IMG/VR virus record: IMGVR_UViG_3300049489_000161
Span: 1 to 54,708 of that record
From: a virus
Taxonomy: Duplodnaviria; Caudoviricetes
DNA length: 54,708 nt
Reading direction: 5' to 3' (one strand)
This document shows positions 35,601 through 44,600 of this stretch, piece after piece (positions within the stretch are counted from its first letter, which is position 1; the number at the start of each line of letters is the position of its first letter). Below the pieces are notes generated by a model that worked only from the letters and a program-made list of their open reading frames with translations, did no database searches and was not told where the DNA came from. The position numbers were made by a program, and so were the translations under genes.

Positions 35601-38600
35601 ACAAGATGTTGGTGACGTTCTCGATCTGGTTACGGAAGAACGACTCCCCCAACGCCGACACCCACAGCGCAGGGTTGAACAGCCGGGTCGTGAGCGACAG
35701 ATGCACCGCGCCGCGCAGGAACAGCGACGAGTCTCGCAGCGACTCCTGGTACTGCGCACCGTTCTTGGCGTAGTCCTTCACGGACTTCTTCTTCTGGGGG
35801 CGGGCCTTGTTGTTCTTCAGCCACGCCTTCTGGTACGCGATCCGGTCGCTCATCTCCGTGATCTTGATGCTGCGCAACTGGTTCGCCATGTACTCATCAC
35901 TCGGAAGCCCGGCCAGCAGGCTGTGGGTGATGCTCATCGACTCCAGGATCGCGGGGTCTTGCATCAGAACCCGTGCATCAGGATCGACCGACAGGTACGG
36001 ACGGTTGCCGTCGGCATCCATCATCTTCGCCACGATCTCCTGCTTCACGCTCAGGCTCATCGTGTTGAAGTTGGGGTTCGATCCCTGGTACGTCACCCAG
36101 AACCCGTCCAGCGGGGACAGGAACATCGCCATGAACTCTTGATGGGACTCCAGCATCTGCCCCATCAGGGTCTCCACCCAGGAGCCCCAGTCGTTCTCGA
36201 CATCCTCGAACTTGCCGCGCTTGATCTGCTTGGTGGGCGACCACACACCGGCCTCGAACACCTTCCGCCAGAACACCACATGCTCCAACGGCACCATCGC
36301 ACCGTGCAACGGGTGCAGCCGGTGCGGGCCGGTGATGTTCTGACGCATCGCGGACACGGCCTCGATGTACATCTTCGCCGTGACCTGCTCGGTGTAGTCC
36401 GTTTGATCGGTGCGAGGGCCCGGAGTGCCGTACCACTGGCGCACCAGGAAGTCGATCTCCGCCCACTCCCCGTGCGTCAGCCCCAGGTCATCCAGCAGCT
36501 TGTTCCGGAGAACGACGGCCTTCTGCCATTCCTGCCGTTCCTTCTCCGTGTCTCCGCGCTGGATGACGTGCAAGTACGACGTCATGTCCTTCGTCGTGGA
36601 ATCCAGCCGGACATGCTCCAACGGGGTCAGATGCTTGAACGGGGAGAAGGACGGGTCTTCCGGCATGATCCGGGACACCATGCGCCACACCGTGTCCGCG
36701 TCATCCTCGAAGAGACTGATGGTGTTCTCTCCGTCGATGATCTCCTGCTGAGTGGGGAGCACCCTACGTGCGCCCTTCTTGCCGACCTCCTGCTGCTTGA
36801 CCAGCACCCGGCCGCCGACCGCTCCGGCGGTGATCCGGGAGTTGAACGGGGAAACGTCACTCTCACGGGAGAACGACGAATACGCCGCCCCGATCGGGTT
36901 CTTGTCAGACGCCACCACGTTGTTCAGTTGCAGCGACATCGGCCGCAGCATCGTCTTCGGTTTCTGCGGAGCGCCGTTCTTGTCCGGCAGCTCCTGGTAC
37001 ATGCGGACCCAGAAGGTCAGGTCTCCGTCAAAGTAGTGCTCCGGGACCACACGACCGTCGGGAAGCGTGATCTGGGGGAAAACCGCGTTCGCCTTGTCGA
37101 GGAGGTACTGGCGCATCTCCGGCCGACGCGGGTCGTTCAGCAACTGCGACAGGATCGCCGGCATGAACCCGACCATCGCCTCCCGGTTCGAGTCCGGCAC
37201 CGTCAGGAACCCCGGCAGCGACAACACCATGTCCGGGGTGACCCCCGGTGCGGCCAGTGCCGCCAGGACCGCGACGGCGATGTTGTCGATCGCGGAACTG
37301 CGGTTCGTGTCCAAGGCGATGCCGAGGGGCTGTACCGCGCCCGGCATCACCGACGCGAACAACTCGTTCAGTTCAGCGGCGAACGTCGTGAGCAGCCGTT
37401 CCTGATCCATCAACTGCAGGATCTGTGAACTGGTCAGCCCGTGGTTCATCTTGGACCAGCCATCGAGAAGCATCCGGAGCAGTTCTCTGCGCTCCGCGTC
37501 CGTACCCACCACGCCGGCAGGGACCAGGACATCCAGCAACTCGTTCTCGATGTCCCACCCGGTGACGGCGAACATGTTGCGGAACGTGTGGGATACGCCC
37601 CGGACACTGCCCTTGCTGGCGATGCCCTCCGTCGACGTGTACGACGCGATTCCGCGCGTGTTGCCTGCGATCGTCGACAGGTTGGACGTATAGCCCGTCT
37701 TCGGGTCCATGAACGAGATCGTGGTCTTGTTGCCAGTGCCCTCGGCGTGCAGCTTCAACGCCGCATCCTCGGTGACCAGGCCCACCAGTTCAAGCTTGCG
37801 GCGGTCCCGATCGACCTCCTCCACCTCCAACGGGGGTGGCACGGTCCAGTTCGCCTCCACATCCGCGGGACCGAACGCGACCCGCAGTTTCGGGAACGGC
37901 GTACCGTCAACGTCCTCCTGGTCCTGCCACTGCTGACGCAGGTTCTTGATGTGCTCCTCTTTCTCAGGGAGCTTGAACCCGATCCGCTGCAGCAGCACGT
38001 TGCCGTCACCGGCCACGCGGATGTACAGGTCACCAGCCATCACGGTGCTGCCCGGCTCGAAGACCTCCTTGCCCAGTTTCAGTGCGTCGAAGAAGTCCTT
38101 CAGCGCCTGCTCCGGCGGTTTCACCCCAACCTTGGTGGTGCCGTCAGGGTTCTGCTTGAAGAACGGGATCGAGTCCTTGTACTCGTTCCCGTACTTCTTG
38201 TCAGTCATCTGCCTCAGCAGCTGCTTGAAGCCGGGGCTGTTCGGATCTCCGTCGTCCGTCATGGCGAGCAGTTGCTTGGCGATCCGGTTGAACTGCGCCG
38301 TCTCACCCGTGCCCTTCTGGGGCGGGCCAAACAGCAGCAGATCGTTGGTGCCCGGCACAGAGACCGAGTAGTTCTTCGGCACCAGCAGCATGCTGAACCG
38401 GCGCCACTCCTTGGCCCGTGCCGGATCGATGACGCGGTTGCCCTCGGTGAGTTCGGAGAGCCAGTCCACCCATGCGTTCAGCTCGAAGTTGTCAGCGCGC
38501 TGCGGAGAGGTCTCCACCAGCGTCGACTCAAGCGCCTGCACCGTCTCGTTGACGTAGTCCTCGTCCTCGGTAGACGGCACGAAGAACTGCCCGGCATTGC

Positions 38601-41600
38601 CGAGATCCTTGTACCCGAGACCGCCCTCGAGCATCGCGCGGCTCAAGGACTGGCGCAGCAGCGTCGTCTTCGTGTTGCTGGCGAGCACGACGATCACACC
38701 TCGACGGGCGTACTCCTCCACCACCTTGGTGCCGACCTCGACCGCCTTGGTGTGCATCCCCCCGGCGTAATTGAGCAGCGACTGCAGATCGATGACCACA
38801 CCATCGCCGTAGGTCGGCGGGAACTTCATCCCGCTGAACCCGTCCTCCACCTGCTTGGCGGCCACCAGATGCCCGACGTTGCTGGTCTTCGACGCGGCCT
38901 GCTCATGCACAAACAGGATCCCCGAGCCGGCCATCAGCTTCTCCAGCGACTTCGCGTAGTGCGAGTTCAACAGATCGTTGACGACGTCCTGCGTCATGGT
39001 CTCCGGCAGCCCGAGGTACTTCAGCTTGCCGCCCAACTGCTCGGCCTGCACCATGTTCAGCAGCTGCTTCTTGTTGTCCTCGTTCTGGTCGTTGATCGCG
39101 CGCCGGCTCTCAAACCGGCGTTCGTCCTGCGCGGCCTGCTGACCCTGCCACTCCTGCAACCGCAGTTGCCGCAGTGTACGGATGTCCGTGCGCTCATCGG
39201 AGGCGATCAGGCGTGCCTTGGAAACGGGGGCCACCTTGCCGAGCACGGTGTTCCCCAGTTCCTCCAGCGTCACTTCCTCGCCAAGATCCCCCAGACCCAG
39301 CCGCTCCAGCCGTTCCTGGCTGTACTGCGGGGTGCTGTACATCTCAATGATGTCCACGTACGTCTTGTCCGTGCCGTACCCGGCCCGGCCCAGAATCCTC
39401 TGGGTGACTTTTTCGCTGTTCGCCACGAACTTCGGCGGGTCGCCAGCTTTGTCCAGACTCTCCAGGGGCATCGTGCCGCCCTGGGATTCGTACGCGATCC
39501 ACTTCTCCGCCGGCCAGACCTCCTTGAGACCTGTCGACGGGTTCCGCCCCATTACGACGTGGCGGGACTTGACGTACTTGTAGAGCGCGGTCAGGTCGTC
39601 CACCTGCAACCGGCCATGCGGGAACATCGCGGTGGCGAGCGCCATCGTCTTGCGTTCCAACATCTCCGTGAGCGTGGCCGAGTTCTCCTCGAAGTCCTTC
39701 GTGCGTCGCAACGCGCTGGTCCGGAACGCCCGGAACGACTGGCCCTGCTTCGTGATCGCGTCCAGCGGGATCTGCAACCCCGTGCCGAACACACCGCTGA
39801 CCGCGTACAGCATCGATGCGATCAGGCCGACCTCGCTGCGTCCTGCCGACGCCCGGCCCACGCCGTCGAAGTACACGTTGTTCGCGTACTCCGGGCCCGG
39901 CGGCTTCTTGTTGACGTCCACATAGGTGATCGAGATCGTGGCACCGGTGGCCGGGATCAGCTGCGGGTTCTTCGTCAGGTACTTGAGCAGCACGTCCAGG
40001 TTCAGCGACTTCAGAGGGGACGAGCGCGTGTTCTCGTCGAGCATGATCGTGTCGCCCACAATGTCGCGCAGTGGCACGGGCACGCCCGTGTCCGCCGGAG
40101 TGATGTTCACCTCCCACACCGCGTGGTTGTGGATGCGCAGGTACGCCTCTCGATCCAGGTAGTCCTGCAGATCAAGCGAGGTGTTCGGGTCCAGCACAAA
40201 CTCACGGGTGGTGGTGTGCGCCGCCAGGTCCACATCCTCCGAGGTGGCGAACCCTGTGGCGATCCACACATCCATCTCGTCGTTCGTGACGCCCTCCATC
40301 TGCACGGCCGCCTCCACCGAGGCCCCGTCCAGCAGCTTCCGCGCCTTCGCCAGGTGCATCGGGATGCGGTCGTGCCACTGCCCGAGCCTGTTCTGGGGGT
40401 ACAACTCGGTGAGGATCTGCTCCGCGGCCTCGTCCATGCGAGTCATGCGGGGGTCGAGCGTCGTGGCAGCGATCGCTTCGACGGCATCCAGCACCCGCGG
40501 GTGGAACAGCGGGTCGGACAGCGACGCCCAGGACGTGTCGTACAGCTTCCGCACGTCGTCGACGTTCTTGCCGAGGATGATCGGCAGCACCCGGGTGTCG
40601 TCGGACGACCGGACAGACCGTTCACTGATCGTCAACGTGGCACAGAACTCCCCGAGCTGATCCCACTGCTCGGGAGTCAGCACGTCCGCCGTCTGCTCGC
40701 TGAACACACGCGAGTCGTTGTTCGTCCACACCAACTCCCGGAACTTCGCCAGCAGCTGGTAGATGTTCTGCTCGGTGCCGGGGGTCGTATCGATCTTCGC
40801 CTTGTAGCCGGCGAACTTGTTGATCCGCTCCTGCGTACCGAGGAACTGGACGATCGCCGTCTTCTTCACGAAGTCGAACTTCTTGTCGTCGGCGGAACGA
40901 CCGTGGCTGAGTTGGAACGTCTTTAGGACGGAGGCGTACTCCATGCGGGACCGGAACGCCAGCAGATCCGACAGGTCAGCATTCTTCGCGTGGTCGATCC
41001 CGTCCTGCGCCTCCTGCATCCGGCGTTCCAGCTCCGCCCGCACCACCGGATCGGTGGCCGACTTCAACTGGATCCGGGCTTCCTCGAACCGGTCAACGGC
41101 GGCCAGGCCCATGAGGTCGCGCACCGTGTCCTCGTGGAGCTGCTTCTCCGCGTCCGACATCGGAGCGATGTACTCGAGGTACGCCGTGTCGTCGCCCCAG
41201 AACCGCTTCTGCAGTTCCGCTGAGATCAACTGCTGCAAGTCTGGCAGAGAGGCCTTCTGCACGTTCGCCAACGACTTCAGTACTCGGTAGACGCCGATCA
41301 CCAGCTTGTCCCGCACCTGCTGGAGACTCTGCTCGGTGACACTCTCGGCGGTCGTGTAGGCCACGATGAACGAGTCAATCATGTTGGAGATCGGGAAGAA
41401 CCCGTCCTCCCACGCCTCAGCGGTGCCCTCCTCCACGGCGGCGTTGCGGATGAACGCCTCGACCATGCTGATGTAGCGGTACGCCCGGCGCAGCTCCGGC
41501 TCGTCCGCTGTCGGGTTGAACAGCGAGGCGAACGAGGTGTCCTGCAGCAGATGTCCGATGTTGGAGGTCTGCACACCGTTCGAGTAGGTCTGCACCGTAC

Positions 41601-44600
41601 CCACCGGGTTCACGTCCCGCATCGTCGGGAACAGCACCAGCTTGGCGAACTCCTGCGTGCGAGGATCATGCAGCATCTGCAGCGCCGTCTCCTCGTCGGA
41701 CATGTCCAACTCGACCAGGCGGCCATTCTCCAACTGGATGCGCACCGGGCCCTTCGCCAGCTTCGACAGGTTCGTCGCCACCTGATCCCAGGACAGCGTC
41801 GTCAGCGCCGCGGACTCCGCCCGCAACGCATTGCCGAACCCCCACATGTCGGCCATCGTGATCGCCTCACCCATCGGGCGGGTCAGATCAGGCGGCAGCC
41901 CCTTGTCGTGGGCACGGAAGAACATGTCGTACATCGCCGTGTACAACTGCTGCATCGCGTTCGGGCCGACACCATCAGGGAACGCCTGGGCATTGCGGAT
42001 TGCCCGGCGCAGGAACCCCAGCATCTCGGCGGAGTTCGTGTCCTTGCCGGTGTTCTGCACCTCGGCGCGGATCTCCTCCACCGTCTGCCGCTGACTCACC
42101 GGCTTCTTGTTGTTCTCCGCGATACGTGCGGCGATCTCGTCTTTCTGCCACGCCAGCTCCTCCTGCATCGCTGTCGTGATCCGGGCGTTCGAGTCGCTGT
42201 CCGCCTTGCGCTGCACAAGAGCCTTCGACATCGGCTCGGCCATCTGGGAGAAGTCGGCGATCGCATCCAGCACCTGCTGCTGGCTGTTCCCCGCGCCCCA
42301 CTGGTTGCGGGCATTCACCTCGTAACCGGCTTTGTCGTCATCGAACGGCAGCAGTTCCGGGCGTCCGGCCAGCCACACCGGGTTGGCGTTGATCTGCGTG
42401 TACAACTCCTCGATGCTCTGCGCCCTGGCGACCGCCTCCCAGAACAACTGCCGCTGCCGGCCGCCGTCCTCGAGCGTGTTCAGGATGTACGCCGTCTGCA
42501 GGAACCGGGACTGGATCTGATCCCAGCGCACCACCCCCTCGACACCGTCCTCCAGCTTGTCCTTCGTCGGAGTGTTCGCCATCACGTTCCACTCGGCGAT
42601 CAACGTGTTGACGTGCCAGATCAGCGCAGCCTTCTTCGGATCGGTCTCGGTGAGCGCCTGCTCCACCCAGTCCCGCATGTGGACCTCGCCGCCCACCACC
42701 TCGACGACGCCCAGGGCGGCGCCGTTCGGGATCATCGCGGCGATCTTGCGGGCAACCCGCTCGTCCCCGGTGCGCAGCATGTCGTTCAGCACGGCCCGGC
42801 GGTCGGAGGCATCCAGCGACGGATACAGCATGGCCCAGGCGTCGATCATCTCCGACAGATCCTTCAGCCCGTTCTCGAACTGGCGCCGGGCCTTGTCGGA
42901 ACGGTCCTGCCGCTTCTTCTGCTCCGCCGATGTGCTGGTACCCAGCGCGTCGATCAGCATCGTGTAGGAGTTCATCTGCAGCGCGCCGTCCGGCCCGGTC
43001 TGCGTCAGCACGTCCGCGCCCCACGGAGGGTTGCCGATCCCATGTTTCTTCGAGTAGTCGGCCGCCCGCCTCAACATCGCCATGAACGCGGCGCGGTCCT
43101 TCTCGTTCTTCGACAGGGACAGCTCCATCAACTGCCGCAGCGTCACATGCGGGCCGATGTACATCGAGGCCTTGCCCAGCAGCTCGTACAGCGACGTGTC
43201 GGAGAACACCTCCATCATCGCCAGCGCCGCCGTGTTCGAGTTGCCGCCCTGCTTGGCGTTGTTGCGGGTCAGCGGGCGCAGCGTCTGGATCTTCTTCATG
43301 ATCGGAGAGTCCGGATCGGCACCCTCCTGCATCTCGAGCTCGACGTCGAGGCTCTTGCCGAGCAGCATCTGCAGCATCGACACCTGCTCGCCCGGCACGA
43401 TGCCGAACACCCCGCCGTCCTTCACCACCGCCGGCACCCGCATGTTGGCGACGTACAGCAGCAGCTCCGTCTCCGACAGGTTCGGGAACTTGCCGGCGAT
43501 CCCCTCCGAGGCGATGATCTGCTTCAGCCAGTAGACCGTGCGCTCCTGGATCCGGTCGCGGCCCAGCATGCCCTCGCTGTCCGACTGCGTCTTGCCGGCA
43601 CCCAGCTTCGCGTACAGCTCCACCAGCTTCGCCTGGCCTGCGACCGCGTCCGCCATCTGATCGGCGTCCATCGCGCCCAGCACGGTCGCCGAGTTGTACA
43701 GCGCCGAGTAGTGGAGGAACTGCTCGGGGCGGGTCTGCGCCGCCGATCCCAGCATCATCAACGCATCACCATGCGTCTTCGCCATCCACCGTGCCACTCG
43801 CTTCAGCACCGAACTGGGTGCAGGAACCGCGGGCTTCAGCGGGTTCACGATGACGTCCTCACGGTTGACGTCGCGCCAGTAGGCGAACTCCTGCTGGATC
43901 GCGTCGAACTCCACCGAGATCATGTTCCAGATCTGCAGCGCCTCCGGGCGGCCCGTGCTGTCACCCATCGCCAGCAGCGCCTCCCCGCCAAGGTCGTACA
44001 TCCCCTTCACCAAGATCGTGCGGGCGTCCGTGACATTTGCCAGGACGTTCGCCTGGAACTGCTTGAGCAGCGCCCGGAACTCCTTGGCCGGCTGCAGCAC
44101 CCTGCCGTACCGCTGCTCCAGCCGGGCGCTCAACCGCAGCAGTCCCAGCACCACCTTGTCGTGCAGGTCGGAAGGGTTCAGCGGATCGGAGAACGCCTCA
44201 ATGTAGATGGCCTCCGCATCCGGCACCCCGATGTTGATCTCCCACCCGGTGTCCGATCCCACCACGGTGCCCTGGTCATCCACCCAGGTCGTGTTCCGCT
44301 GTGCGTACTGGTTGCCGCGCCGGATGTTCGCCAGCTGCTCCGGCGGCTCGTAGGTACTGGCGATCTCCACCGCGTTGTCACCGTCGTGATCGCCGTTCAA
44401 CGTCTTCAGCACGGACTCGTCGAAGCTCATCGTGCCGTGGATGTCGGCCGCCGACATCACCAGCGACACCTGCGGCACGAACACCGCGAACGATCCCTGC
44501 CCAGTCAACGGGTTGCGGACCATCTTCAGCTCGACGACCTTGCGCATCGCCTCCGCCATCGAGTCCGTCACCGGCACCAGGTTGCCCGTCGCCGGGTCTT

